Source of the DNA: Bacteroidales bacterium
GTDB lineage: Bacteria > Bacteroidota > Bacteroidia > Bacteroidales > UBA932
NCBI GenBank assembly: GCA_024699055.1
Contig: JAILQG010000107.1
Coordinates: forward strand, 14,494 to 78,493
Reading direction: 5' to 3'
Length of the DNA: 64,000 bases
The translations under genes and the position numbers were made by a program. This document shows, piece after piece, positions 51,256 to 61,866 of the stretch (position 1 is its first letter; each line of letters opens with the position of its first letter). The notes beneath the pieces were generated by a model. It saw only the letters and a list, made by a program, of their open reading frames with translations. It searched no databases and was not told the DNA's origin.

Positions 51256-53121
51256 ATGAAACGCTTTGCGATTACCGCTCTGCTTGCCCTGAGTGCCTGC
51301 ACCTCCGTGCGGAAGGCGGAGGCTGTACGCAGCGGCGCCCTGTCTCCCTCGATAAGCATGTCGCAGGACATACATCCATCCGATATAATGGTGGACACTC
51401 CCGTGCGCGATACTCTCAGGGTGCAGGATGCCCAGGGTAGGGAAATGCTCATAATGAAGGCCGTGAAGGACGAGAACGGCGAAATGGTGGCGAGTGATTA
51501 CATCGATCCGGTAGTGGTGAGCGCCAAGTTCCGGAACGTAGCGGAAAGGCACGGAAAAGTAGACCTCCGTTTCGACGTGACCGTGCCCGCCGCCATGGTT
51601 GAAAGCTCATGGCAGCTGCGTCTGCAGCCCGTGCTGAGAGCTTTGGGCGACAGCTCCGCCCTGGAACCCGTTTTCATTACGGGCGAGCGGTATCGCGAAG
51701 CGCAATTGCGTGGTTATCAGCGATATGAACGCTTCCTGCAGAGCATAGTGTCGGATACTACAGTGTTCATCAGTTCAGGCCAGCTGGAGATTTTCCTGAA
51801 GCGTAACCTGCCGGAAATCTATGCTCTCAGGGCCGACAGCAGTTATGTCTCGGATGATACCTTCGCTTCTCTTTACGGAGTCACGGAACGGGAGGCGGTG
51901 GAGCATTACACCGACCAGTTCCGGCTGCACCGGAACCGTCGCAGGAGTGCGATGAAGGACAAGATGTACGCCCGCTACGTGAAATCTCCCATAGTGACCG
52001 ATGGTCTCAGGCTGGACAGCGTAGTAACCTCTTCCGGAGGCGACGTGGTTTACCATTACGTGCAGACCATCTCCGCCGGGCCCATGCTGAGGAAAGCCGA
52101 CATCACACTGAGTGGGGAAGTCTTCGAGGAAGACAGGCTGGTATGCGGAATACCGCGCTCAAAACCCATCACATTCTACATTTCTTCCCTGAGCGGGCTT
52201 GCCGAGGATATCGACAGGTATCTGCTGGAAATAAAGGAGCGCAGGGTGCTCGCTAACACCGCCTGTTATATCGAATTCAACACCGGAAGCGCCGTCATCG
52301 ACACCTCCCTGGGCAATAATTCCACCGAGATGGGCCGAATCGCCGGCAATCTCGAGGACCTGCTCGGGAGCGGCGAGTTCAATATGGACTCGATAGTCGT
52401 GGCCGCCTCGTGTTCGCCCGAGGGCAGCTGGCTCTTCAACGAGCGGCTGTCCCAGAGGCGGAGCGAGGCCGTATGCGGATATTATTCCGGTCTGAGGCAT
52501 CGCTACGACGTACATCTGGACTTCATTCCGAGGGCCGTGCCGGAAGAATGGTCGCTGCTGACGGGACTGATCCGGGAAGACCCGGCGATCCCCGAGTTCC
52601 GGAAGGAGGAACTTGCAAGGATATGCCGTGAAGGCGAACCCGACGAAAGGGAGAGGGAACTCTCGGCACAACCCGAATATCTGCATATCAGGGAGGCCCT
52701 GTACCCACATCTGAGGGTGGTGCGATTCAATTTCTACATGCATCGCAGGGGCATGGTGAAAGATACGGTCCACACTACCGTTCCCGATACCCTGTACCGC
52801 AGGGGAGTCCAGGCGATAAAAGACCGCGACTACAAGACTGCAGTCACGATCCTGCGTCCCTACAACGACGTGAACACGGCGGTGGCCTATTGCGCCATGG
52901 ATTACAACGCATCCGCAATGGCCGTACTGGAAAGCCTGCCGGAAGGAGCCAAGGTGGAATACATGAAGGCCATAGTCCACGCCCGGAAGGGAGATGACAG
53001 GGATGCCGTGGAATGTTACATGAAGGCCTGCGAACTGGATCCCTCCTTCATTCACCGGGGGAATCTTGATCCGGAGATATCCGGTCTTAAACGCAAATAT
53101 GACATCAGCGTAAAATTATGA
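51256..53121 (+). CDS. OmpA-like/TPR lipoprotein, DUF3868-like (copy 2)
   Basis: Lipobox LSAC; CSPEGSWLFNERLSQRRS; 621 aa like copy 1. Confidence 0.6.
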   Translation: MKRFAITALLALSACTSVRKAEAVRSGALSPSISMSQDIHPSDIMVDTPVRDTLRVQDAQGREMLIMKAVKDENGEMVASDYIDPVVVSAKFRNVAERHGKVDLRFDVTVPAAMVESSWQLRLQPVLRALGDSSALEPVFITGERYREAQLRGYQRYERFLQSIVSDTTVFISSGQLEIFLKRNLPEIYALRADSSYVSDDTFASLYGVTEREAVEHYTDQFRLHRNRRRSAMKDKMYARYVKSPIVTDGLRLDSVVTSSGGDVVYHYVQTISAGPMLRKADITLSGEVFEEDRLVCGIPRSKPITFYISSLSGLAEDIDRYLLEIKERRVLANTACYIEFNTGSAVIDTSLGNNSTEMGRIAGNLEDLLGSGEFNMDSIVVAASCSPEGSWLFNERLSQRRSEAVCGYYSGLRHRYDVHLDFIPRAVPEEWSLLTGLIREDPAIPEFRKEELARICREGEPDERERELSAQPEYLHIREALYPHLRVVRFNFYMHRRGMVKDTVHTTVPDTLYRRGVQAIKDRDYKTAVTILRPYNDVNTAVAYCAMDYNASAMAVLESLPEGAKVEYMKAIVHARKGDDRDAVECYMKACELDPSFIHRGNLDPEISGLKRKYDISVKL

Positions 53122-53870
53122 GAAAAATATTGATATTCAGCACTTTGGTTTTTGTGCTATGGGGCTGTTGCGTAAAGGAGGACCGTTCCGGATGCCCCGC
53201 CAACGTACATCTCTCCCTCTCGGAACGCTCCCTGTACATAGCGGGGAACACTCCCGTGAAAGTCCGGCTCGGCGACGGTACCGGCACTAGTACGGTCACG
53301 CTCAGCGCATATTCTCCCGACTGCTGGGAAAGCGTGGAGCGCGGTGTCGTTTCGGTGGCCGGTATCCTTGACAACGGGGCTGGAACGGTCATCGCCAGAG
53401 GAGGCCAGAGCGACAGCCTCTGGGCCTTTTCCGGCGACCACGTCGTGGTTGGCGAGGAGGAAGAGATAGTGCTGGAGCTCCACAAGCGCTTCGCCACCAT
53501 CTACATCACTTTCGACGAAGGTATCGATACCGACCGGTACCGTATCATGGTCATGGGTGACATAGGCGGGACGGACCTGACCAGGATGACTCCAGTGGAG
53601 GGCGATTTCATATGCGAACTTGCTGTGGAAGACCACTCATCGTCGGTGAGGGTGCCGGCGCAGGGGCCCGGTTCCGGACTGAAGCTGCAGTTCAGCGATC
53701 GTGCCACCGGGGAACTTTCGTGGGACTGGGACCTCGCCTGTGAACTGGCCGCGAAGGGATATGACTGGAACGCGGATGACCTTGAGGACATCCGCGTTAC
53801 GGTGAAGCTCCTTCCGATGGAACTCAGTATTACTTTCGGAAACTGGTCCGACGGGGGCAGCGTGGGTTAG
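53118..53870 (+). CDS. Lipoprotein, FimB/Mfa2-like (copy 2)
   Basis: LWGC followed by CVKEDRSGC; LHKRFAT and GYDW shared with copy 1. Confidence 0.55.
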   Translation: MRKILIFSTLVFVLWGCCVKEDRSGCPANVHLSLSERSLYIAGNTPVKVRLGDGTGTSTVTLSAYSPDCWESVERGVVSVAGILDNGAGTVIARGGQSDSLWAFSGDHVVVGEEEEIVLELHKRFATIYITFDEGIDTDRYRIMVMGDIGGTDLTRMTPVEGDFICELAVEDHSSSVRVPAQGPGSGLKLQFSDRATGELSWDWDLACELAAKGYDWNADDLEDIRVTVKLLPMELSITFGNWSDGGSVG

Positions 53871-55147
53871 GCTGCCTTTTTCTGCGCTTTCTGCGGGTCT
53901 TTGAACAGAATCATGAACAGGATCCCTACGACGAAGGCATAGCCGGCGAAGATGTACCAGGCGTTCGGCCAGTTGGTGGGCGTGTTGAATACGTCGCAGG
54001 CCTCCACGACCTTGCCGGCGGCCAGGGTGCCGATCGTGGCGCCCAGACCGTTGGTCATGAGCATGAACAGGCCCTGGGCCGAGGAACGGATGTCCTCGCC
54101 GGTGTTTTCGTTGACGTAAAGGGCGCCGGAGATGTTGAAGAAGTCAAAGGCCATGCCGTAGACTATGCAGCTCAGGATGAAGAGCAGCACGCCGGGCATG
54201 CCGGGATCGCCCAGCCCGAAGAAGGCGAAGCGGAGAACCCAGGCGAACATCGAAATGAGCATCACTTTCTTGATGCCGAACTTCTTCATGAAGAACGGGA
54301 TGAGCAGGATGCACAGGGTTTCGGATGCCTGGGAGATGGCTATGAGGGCGTTGGAATTCTTGACGGCGAAGGCATCGGCGTAGGCCGGGTTGGCCGCGAA
54401 GGATCCCAGGAAGGTATTGGCGTAGCCGTTGGTAATCTGGAGCGAAGCGCCCAGCAGCATCGAGAAGATGAAGAAGATTGCGAACTGGCCCTGCTTGAAC
54501 AGCGAGAAAGCCTTGAGGCCGAAGGCCTCGGCCAGCGAGCCGCCCTTATTCTTATTCACGGGGCACTGGGGCATCGAGAGCGCGTATCCGCAGAGGACCA
54601 GCGAGAGGATGCCGGAAGAGAGTAACTGGGTGTAGCTCTCCTGCATCGCGGTGCCGTTGATTTTCAGGAAGTTGGTGAGCAGCATGCTGCAGATGAAGCC
54701 GATAGTGCCGAAGACGCGGATCGGGGGGAAGTCTTTGACCGGATCCTTGCCCGCCTTGGACAGGGCGTTGAAAGCCACTGAGTTGGTGAGGGCGATGGTG
54801 GGCATGAAGAAGGCGATGCTCAGGGAATACAGCGTGAAGAGCGGGCCGAACTGAACTGCCGATCCGGCGCTGCTGGCATACAGGCCGGCTCCGATCATGA
54901 AGAGGCCGGCGAGGCCGTGGCAGAGCGACAGCACCTTCTGGGCCTGAATCCATTTGTCGGCCACGATGCCCATCAGGGTAGGCATGAAGATGGAGACGAT
55001 GCCCTGCATCGCGAAGAACCATTTGATCTGAGGTCCCAGGCCGATATTGCCGAGATAGCGGCCGAGGGAAGTTAGGTATGCGCCCCATACGGCGAACTCC
55101 AGGAAGTTCATGATGATCAGGCGCAGGCTGATGTTCTTGTCTTTCAT
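53867..55147 (-). CDS. MFS nucleoside:H+ symporter, NupG/XapB family (copy 2)
   Basis: Homologue of 11641-12918. Confidence 0.88.
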   Translation of the reverse strand: MKDKNISLRLIIMNFLEFAVWGAYLTSLGRYLGNIGLGPQIKWFFAMQGIVSIFMPTLMGIVADKWIQAQKVLSLCHGLAGLFMIGAGLYASSAGSAVQFGPLFTLYSLSIAFFMPTIALTNSVAFNALSKAGKDPVKDFPPIRVFGTIGFICSMLLTNFLKINGTAMQESYTQLLSSGILSLVLCGYALSMPQCPVNKNKGGSLAEAFGLKAFSLFKQGQFAIFFIFSMLLGASLQITNGYANTFLGSFAANPAYADAFAVKNSNALIAISQASETLCILLIPFFMKKFGIKKVMLISMFAWVLRFAFFGLGDPGMPGVLLFILSCIVYGMAFDFFNISGALYVNENTGEDIRSSAQGLFMLMTNGLGATIGTLAAGKVVEACDVFNTPTNWPNAWYIFAGYAFVVGILFMILFKDPQKAQKKAA

Positions 55148-55238
55148 ATCATTCGGTTTTAGTTATCTTCAGTTCGTTATCACACAAAAATAAGAGATTT
55201 CGTGTAAAATTGTTAACTTTGAAGGTTATTTTTCAGAT

Positions 55239-56369
55239 ATGAAATTCGTCCTGACTGCTGCCGATTCCGGTTCCGCCGCCCGCCGTGGGGTCCTCCATAC
55301 CGACCACGGGGACGTCCAGACCCCGATATTCATGCCTGTAGGCACCGTAGGCAGCGTCAAGGGAGTTTATCACCGCGACCTCAAGGAAGACGTAAGGGCC
55401 GAGATAATCCTGGGAAACACCTACCATCTGTATCTCCGTCCCGGCCTGGGTGTGCTCCGCGAGGCCGGCGGCCTGCACCGCTTCGAGAACTGGGACCGTC
55501 CCATCCTCACCGACAGCGGCGGTTACCAGATATTCTCGCTTTCGCCGATACGCAAACTCACCCCGGAAGGCTGCGAGTTCCGTTCTCACATCGACGGCTC
55601 CAGGCATGTCTTCACGCCCGAGAATAACGTGGACACGCAGAGGGTCATCGGTGCCGACATCATGATGGCGCTGGACGAATGCTGTCCCGGCGACGCCGAC
55701 CATGCCTACGCCAAGAAGTCGCTTGACCTAACCAAGGGCTGGCTCGAAAGATTCGCCAAACGCTTCCGCGAAACCGAGCCGCTCTACGGCTATTCCCAGT
55801 GTTTCTTCCCGATAGTCCAGGGCTGTGTGTATCCCGACCTTCGCAGGGAGGCGGCGGAGCATGCCGTCGGGCTCGGGGCGGACGGCTACGCCATCGGCGG
55901 CCTTGCCGTAGGCGAGCCCACCGAAAAGATGTACGAGATGCTGGAGTTCACCTGCCCCCTCCTTCCGGCGGACAGGCCGCGCTATCTCATGGGAGTCGGC
56001 ACGCCCGCGAACATCCTCGAGGGAATCGCCCGCGGGGTGGACATGTTCGACTGTGTCATGCCTACCCGCAACGGCCGCAACGGCATGATTTTCACCTGGA
56101 ACGGCATCATGAACATGCGCAACGAAAAATGGAAGGACGATTTTTCGCCGCTGGATCCTTGTGGAACGTCTTTTGTTGACACAACATACACCAAAGCCTA
56201 CGTGAGGCATCTCTTCATAGCCGGGGAGATGTTTGCGGGAATGGTGGCCAGCGAACACAACCTGGCCTTCTATCTCGACCTCGTCAGGCAGGCCCGCTCG
56301 CATATCGAGGCAGGGGACTTCGCAGCCTGGAAAGACTCGGTCGTCCCGGCCCTGAGCACCAGATTATGA
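55239..56369 (+). CDS. tgt: Queuine tRNA-ribosyltransferase (copy 2)
   Basis: TPIFMPVGT, TDSGGYQ and DCVMPTRNGRNG. Confidence 0.96.
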   Translation: MKFVLTAADSGSAARRGVLHTDHGDVQTPIFMPVGTVGSVKGVYHRDLKEDVRAEIILGNTYHLYLRPGLGVLREAGGLHRFENWDRPILTDSGGYQIFSLSPIRKLTPEGCEFRSHIDGSRHVFTPENNVDTQRVIGADIMMALDECCPGDADHAYAKKSLDLTKGWLERFAKRFRETEPLYGYSQCFFPIVQGCVYPDLRREAAEHAVGLGADGYAIGGLAVGEPTEKMYEMLEFTCPLLPADRPRYLMGVGTPANILEGIARGVDMFDCVMPTRNGRNGMIFTWNGIMNMRNEKWKDDFSPLDPCGTSFVDTTYTKAYVRHLFIAGEMFAGMVASEHNLAFYLDLVRQARSHIEAGDFAAWKDSVVPALSTRL

Positions 56370-57448
56370 AGAAGATAGACAAATACATAGCATTCAGGTT
56401 CCTCGGCACCTTCGCGGTGGCCCTGCTGCTCATCATATTCATTGTCATCGTCTTCGACATCTCCGAAAAGATAGACGACTTCGTGCAGTACAAGGCGCCG
56501 CTCAACGAAATCATCTTCGATTACTACGTGAACTTCGTGCCGTACTTCATTAACATGTTCAGTCCTCTGTTCGTGTTCATTACGGTCATATTCTTCACTT
56601 CGCGGATGGCCTCCAACTCGGAGATCATCGCCATCCTGTCCGGCGGTATCAGCTTCCACAGGATGATGGTGCCGTACATCTGCACGGCGGCGCTCATAGC
56701 CCTGTTCTCGCTGGGGCTCAACCTGTACGTGGTGCCGGAAGCGAATACCGGCAGGGTCTTCTTCGAGATGAAATACGTGAAGGAGGCCCGCAACAAGTTC
56801 AAACGCAGGGATATCCATTACCAGATAGCCCCCGGCCAGTTCGTGTATGTACAGAGTTTCAGTTCCTGGAACAACACCTGCTACAAATTCACCCTCGAAA
56901 GCGTCGAAAACAACCGCCTCAAGAGTAAGATTTCGGCCGAAACCGCGCAGTGGGACAGCACCCTCGCGGGCTGGAAGCTGCGTAACTGGTTCATGCGCGA
57001 CTATTCGGAAGGGCTCGGCGACCGCGTCACTTCCGGAGAGAGGAAAGATACCGTCATAGCGCTCACCATAGACGACTTCTACAGCAACGAAAAAACGGTC
57101 GAGACCCTGTCCAAGAAAAAGCTGGACAATCTCATCGAAACCCAGAACATGAGGGGCGACGCCAACGTGATGTACGCGCAGATCGAGAAACATACCCGGT
57201 ACGCCATGCCTTTCTCGGCCATAATCCTCACCATCATGGGCGTGTGCCTGTCGTTCCGGAAACGGCGCGGAGGAATCGGCTGGAACCTCGGTATAGGCAT
57301 AGCCCTGGCTTTTTCGTACATCCTGTTCCAGCGATTCTCGCAGATGTTCGTCTTTACCGGCACCCTCCCGGCGGGGCTGGCGCTATGGCTGCCCAACATC
57401 CTGTATGCAATTATCGCCGCTGTACTCTACGACAGGGCGCGCAGATAA
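56366..57448 (+). CDS. lptG: LptF/LptG family permease (copy 2)
   Basis: Homologue of 9384-10466. Confidence 0.85.
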   Translation: MKKIDKYIAFRFLGTFAVALLLIIFIVIVFDISEKIDDFVQYKAPLNEIIFDYYVNFVPYFINMFSPLFVFITVIFFTSRMASNSEIIAILSGGISFHRMMVPYICTAALIALFSLGLNLYVVPEANTGRVFFEMKYVKEARNKFKRRDIHYQIAPGQFVYVQSFSSWNNTCYKFTLESVENNRLKSKISAETAQWDSTLAGWKLRNWFMRDYSEGLGDRVTSGERKDTVIALTIDDFYSNEKTVETLSKKKLDNLIETQNMRGDANVMYAQIEKHTRYAMPFSAIILTIMGVCLSFRKRRGGIGWNLGIGIALAFSYILFQRFSQMFVFTGTLPAGLALWLPNILYAIIAAVLYDRARR

Positions 57449-57451
57449 AAA

Positions 57452-58903
57452 ATGATTTCCACAGAAGAGCTTTATTCCCTGTACGTTTCATGCGGTTACC
57501 GCGTGACTACAGACAGCCGCGCCGTGCGCGGGGGTGAAATCTTCTTTGCCCTTAAAGGAGAGAATTTCGACGGAAACGCCTATGCCGCGAAGGCGCTTGA
57601 AAGCGGTGCCTCATACGCCGTGGTGAACGAGGATTCGGACTGCTTCGCGGTGACCGCCGGTATCCCGTCGGAAAAACTCATAAAGGTGGGGGATCCGTTC
57701 ACCGAGCTCCAGAAACTCGCTGTCTTTCACCGCGAAAGGCTCGGAATACCGGTAATCGGCCTTACCGGCACCAACGGCAAGACCACCACCAAGGAACTCA
57801 TGGCGGCGGTGCTCCGCGCCAAGTATCGCGTAACCGCCACCGAGGGCAATCTGAACAACGACATAGGAGTGCCCCTGAGCCTGCTCAAGATGACTCCCGA
57901 AACCGAAATCGCGGTCATCGAGATGGGTGCTTCGCATCCCGGCGACATAGAAAAGCTGGTGGTAGTCTCCCGTCCGGACTACGGCCTCATTACCAACGTG
58001 GGCAAGGCCCATCTCCTGGGCTTCGGCTCATTCGAAGGCGTGAAGGCGACCAAGGGCGAGCTGTACAGATGGCTGGGCAGGCGAGAAGGGGCGGTGCTGT
58101 TCCTCAATCAGGACGATCCCGACCTGGTGGAGATGGCCCGCAAGGAAGCCTGCCACGTGTGGGGCTACGGCCTAAAATACCAGGGAGCGTCCCTGCTGCC
58201 CTGCACGTCCGGCAATCCTTTCCTGGGGCTCCGCCTGTCCGACGGAACGGAAATCCAAACCCGTCTGGTAGGGGCTTACAACGCCACTAATGTGATGGCA
58301 GCCCTGGCGGTAGGGGAATACTTCGGGGTTCCCATAAAAGATGCCGTTGCCGCGCTGGAGGGCTATGTGCCTTCGAACCAGCGCTCGCAGATGCAGCGCA
58401 CAGATTCCAATACGCTGGTGATCGACGCCTATAACGCCAACCCATCCTCCATGGGGGTGGCGCTGGACAATCTTTTCGGAATGGAAGCGCCCCACAAGGT
58501 AGCGTTGCTCGGGGACATGCGCGAACTCGGGGAAGACTCCGTGGCGGAGCATGTCGCCCTGGTAAAGAGGCTCGCCTCATCGGGCGTGCGTTTCTGCCTG
58601 GTAGGGGAGGAATTCCGCAAGGCGGTGCTGCAGTGCATAGCCGACGGCACCCTGACCGGGGTGGAAACGGCCGTTGCCCAGCCGCTGCCCTCCGGGCTCA
58701 ACAATCCCATGAATGCAAGGGTGGAAGCGGGCGAGACAATTCCGCTGAACGCCGGCATCCCGGAATCCAGCGCCTTCATGGGCTGGTTCCCGGAATCTTC
58801 GGACCTTGCCCTCCATCTCGGAGTGCACCCGCTGAAAAACTGCGTGATCCTCGTTAAAGGATCACGCGGAATCAGGATGGAGAAAGTGCTGCCTGCGCTC
58901 TAG
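57452..58903 (+). CDS. murF: MurF ligase (copy 2)
   Basis: GLTGTNGKTTTKE, DAYNANPSSM and VKGSRG. Confidence 0.95.
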   Translation: MISTEELYSLYVSCGYRVTTDSRAVRGGEIFFALKGENFDGNAYAAKALESGASYAVVNEDSDCFAVTAGIPSEKLIKVGDPFTELQKLAVFHRERLGIPVIGLTGTNGKTTTKELMAAVLRAKYRVTATEGNLNNDIGVPLSLLKMTPETEIAVIEMGASHPGDIEKLVVVSRPDYGLITNVGKAHLLGFGSFEGVKATKGELYRWLGRREGAVLFLNQDDPDLVEMARKEACHVWGYGLKYQGASLLPCTSGNPFLGLRLSDGTEIQTRLVGAYNATNVMAALAVGEYFGVPIKDAVAALEGYVPSNQRSQMQRTDSNTLVIDAYNANPSSMGVALDNLFGMEAPHKVALLGDMRELGEDSVAEHVALVKRLASSGVRFCLVGEEFRKAVLQCIADGTLTGVETAVAQPLPSGLNNPMNARVEAGETIPLNAGIPESSAFMGWFPESSDLALHLGVHPLKNCVILVKGSRGIRMEKVLPAL

Positions 58904-59475
58904 GCCAGGGAATCCATGAGGTTGCGGATGTTCTCGCCTACCTGAGCGATGGTGCCCAGGGAGTCCACCTCGTGGTATTTCTGCCTGTCTTTGTAATAGT
59001 CGATAAGCGGCTCGGTCTGGTTGTGGTAGGTGACGATGCGGTTGTTCACCACTTCGTCGCGGGCGTCGTCGGCGCGGCCCTCGAGCAGGGCGCGGTGGGC
59101 GATGCGTTCCTTGACCACATCGTCGGGTATCATTAGCGAGATGACTCCGGTCACCTCCTCGTCGCGGGCTTCGAGCATTTCGTCAAGGTCCATGGCCTGG
59201 GAGATGGTGCGCGGGAAACCGTCCAGCAGGAAGCCGTCCACATCTTTGTATTTTCCGAAGGCCTGGGCTATCATGCCTTCAACCACGTCGTCGGGGACGA
59301 GGCTGCCGGAGTCGATGAGCGCCTTGGCCTTTTTGCCGAGCTCGGTGCCTTCAGCTATTTCATTGCGGAGAAGCTCTCCGGTGGAGATGTGTTTCAGGTT
59401 GTATCGCTCTGCAAGCGGGGCGGCCTGGGTGCCCTTGCCGGCTCCCGGAGGCCCGAAAATGATGTAGTATTTCAT
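58900..59475 (-). CDS. adk: Adenylate kinase (copy 2)
   Basis: GPPGAGKGTQA and LDGFPRT. Confidence 0.96.
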   Translation of the reverse strand: MKYYIIFGPPGAGKGTQAAPLAERYNLKHISTGELLRNEIAEGTELGKKAKALIDSGSLVPDDVVEGMIAQAFGKYKDVDGFLLDGFPRTISQAMDLDEMLEARDEEVTGVISLMIPDDVVKERIAHRALLEGRADDARDEVVNNRIVTYHNQTEPLIDYYKDRQKYHEVDSLGTIAQVGENIRNLMDSLA

Positions 59476-59484
59476 TTTAGAATT

Positions 59485-60027
59485 TCATTTGTCAAGTACG
59501 TAGATATCTTTCAGGTTGCGGCCGAGATCGTCGTAGTCGAGACCGTAGCCGACGATGAAGTCGTTGGGGATCTCCATGCCCACGTAATCGAGCTTGAGGG
59601 GCTTGGCATAAACCTCGGGCTTGAGGAGCATGGTGCAGATTTTCACCTCTTTGGCCCCTTTTCCGAGGAGCATGTCCCTGAGGGCGACGATGGTCGCGCC
59701 GGTGTCCACGATGTCTTCACAGACTATCACTTTGCGCCCTTCGACGCTCCCGGTGAGGCCCATGACTTCGAGCACCTGGCCGGATGACTGGGTGCCGGTA
59801 TAGGACGAAAGTTTGAGTGACATCACCTCGAGCGGGAAGTTGAGCCTCTTCATGAGGCCGGCGGTGAACATGATGGAGCCGGTGAGGACGCAGAGAAGTA
59901 CGGGGATTTCCCCGGTGGACGCGTAATCGGCGTTGATCTTTTCGGCCACGTCGTCTATGACGCTTTCTATCTTCGCGTTTGGGATAAACGACTTGAAGAA
60001 TTTGTCGTGAATCTTGATCCTGTCCAT
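59485..60027 (-). CDS. hpt: Hypoxanthine phosphoribosyltransferase (copy 2)
   Basis: CEDIVDTG and FIVGYGLDY. Confidence 0.95.
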   Translation of the reverse strand: MDRIKIHDKFFKSFIPNAKIESVIDDVAEKINADYASTGEIPVLLCVLTGSIMFTAGLMKRLNFPLEVMSLKLSSYTGTQSSGQVLEVMGLTGSVEGRKVIVCEDIVDTGATIVALRDMLLGKGAKEVKICTMLLKPEVYAKPLKLDYVGMEIPNDFIVGYGLDYDDLGRNLKDIYVLDK

Positions 60028-60094
60028 TTTGCGTTTTGCTAACAGGCCCCAAATTTACAATTTTATTTGCTATAAAAAAACAGAAAAAACTGAC

Positions 60095-60133
60095 TTTTAC
60101 TCCCCTGAATGCCGATTTGCGTGCATAAATTGG
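60095..60133 (+). promoter_or_regulatory. Putative promoter TTTTACTCCC-N21-TAAATTGG of ComEA-like copy 2
   Basis: Same spacing as copy 1; the ATG lies 4 nt downstream. Confidence 0.55.
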
Positions 60134-60137
60134 CGGC

Positions 60138-61820
60138 ATGCTGCACTTTCTTGTCGACGTGGTGAGCGCTATCCTCGTGCTCACCGGAGCCTCTTCCTTT
60201 GAAGAGCTGGGCGAGAGCGAAATGGAACGTTTCCAGCACTATGCCGAGCACCCGTTGAGGATCAATCAGGCGGGCAGGAGCCGCCTGCTCTCGAGCGGCC
60301 TTTTCAGCGCGTACCAGGTGGCTTCGCTGGAAGACTACCGCTCGCGGTCGGGCGATATCCTCGGCGTAACTGAGCTGGGCCTGGTGGACGGATTCGGCGC
60401 CGAAACGGCGGAGGCTCTCGGAGTGTTCGTGTCGTTCGAAAGCTCCCTGCCACCCGGTGCAAGGGAGGACAGGAGGGTAAGGCAGAGCTTGATGATTCGG
60501 GGCGGAGGCCGCATCAAGGGGGAGGACAGCGCCGCATTCTACGGAGCTAAATACCACCTGGAACTGGGCGGAAGGGCTGAATTCTGGTGGGCATCGCGTA
60601 CCAGTTATACGGTGCGCAAGTTCTCGCCCGGAACGTTCAGCGCCGCGTTGTACGGCAAGCGTGGGGGCAAACTGGTCCTGGGCGATTTCGCAGCGCGTTT
60701 CGGACAGGGCCTCGCGCTCTGGAGCAGTTTCTCGATGAGCGGGTTCAGTTCCGTGGCGGCTTTCAGGCGCAGCGCTTCAGGCATCGCCCCCACAGGATCG
60801 TTCTCGCCGCGTTTCAGGGGTGTGGCGGCCGATTTGACAAGCGGGAGATGGACCGTCTCTGCAGCTGCGGCATTTTCCGGCTTGCAGAGAGGATCGACTC
60901 CGGAAGTCATGCCCATGGCGGCCGTTTCCCGCCTGGGGAGGAGGGGGCAGTTCGGGCTTCAGGCCTTCTACAAGGACGGTTTCGTCGCTTCGGCCGACGG
61001 CACCCTGGGACTCGGGCATCTGACCCTGTTCGGAGAGGCGGCGCTGAGCTCCCGCAGGGAAACGGAAGGGGAGTATGTGCTGCAACGGACGCGCCTTGCG
61101 GCGGTCGGGGGAGCAAGCTGGTCGCCGGCTTACAAGCTGCGCTTTGTCGTCCTTGCAAGGCATTATCCTTCAGGATATTATGATGCTTTTTCCGGGGCTG
61201 TGCGCTCTGTCTCGAAGGTTGCTGGCGAAAGAGGTTTCTCGGCCGGTGCGAAATGGCGGTCGCTTGAATTTACCGCCGATGCCGCCTTCTATCCGGAAAA
61301 GGGCAGTAGGGCATATAAGTGCCTGCTCGTCTGCTCTCCTGTTTTAAGGGCGGGAGCGGTTGAAATCAATCCGATGCTGCGCATTGCCGAAAGGTACCGC
61401 ACTGCTGATTCGCCCCCGTGGAGGCACGAATACCGGGCCGGCGTCAAGTCGGGGTTGCGGGGCTTTCAGCTGAACGGCCGTTTTGATCTGGTGCGCATGA
61501 AGGAGACTGCTATGGCAGGATATGTGGAAACCGGCTGGAAAACCCCTTCCGATACTGCCAGGGTGCAGGTGTCGGCCTTTCTCAGAGCAACTTTTTTCCG
61601 CGTCGACAACTGGGACGACCGCATTTACTGCTACGAACGCGACCTGCCTGGTTCTTTCAGCGTTCCCGCCCTCTATGGCCGTGGACACTCGGTTTCGGCA
61701 ATTATCGGCGTGAAAACCCGCCGCCATTCCCTCCACCTCAAAGCGTCCCTTCTCCGCAACGCTTCGGCAGGCAGGCCCTCGTCCTCCGAAATCAAAATAC
61801 AGTACGGGCTGAAACTGTGA
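60138..61820 (+). CDS. ComEA-like HhH/beta-barrel protein (copy 2)
   Basis: Homologue of 5054-6751 (ELGLVDGFG, GDFAARFGQGL, WDDRIYCYERD). Confidence 0.72.
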   Translation: MLHFLVDVVSAILVLTGASSFEELGESEMERFQHYAEHPLRINQAGRSRLLSSGLFSAYQVASLEDYRSRSGDILGVTELGLVDGFGAETAEALGVFVSFESSLPPGAREDRRVRQSLMIRGGGRIKGEDSAAFYGAKYHLELGGRAEFWWASRTSYTVRKFSPGTFSAALYGKRGGKLVLGDFAARFGQGLALWSSFSMSGFSSVAAFRRSASGIAPTGSFSPRFRGVAADLTSGRWTVSAAAAFSGLQRGSTPEVMPMAAVSRLGRRGQFGLQAFYKDGFVASADGTLGLGHLTLFGEAALSSRRETEGEYVLQRTRLAAVGGASWSPAYKLRFVVLARHYPSGYYDAFSGAVRSVSKVAGERGFSAGAKWRSLEFTADAAFYPEKGSRAYKCLLVCSPVLRAGAVEINPMLRIAERYRTADSPPWRHEYRAGVKSGLRGFQLNGRFDLVRMKETAMAGYVETGWKTPSDTARVQVSAFLRATFFRVDNWDDRIYCYERDLPGSFSVPALYGRGHSVSAIIGVKTRRHSLHLKASLLRNASAGRPSSSEIKIQYGLKL

Positions 61821-61866
61821 CGGTTGTCCTGTGAGGCATACGAAAAAATCTCTATCTTTGCAATCT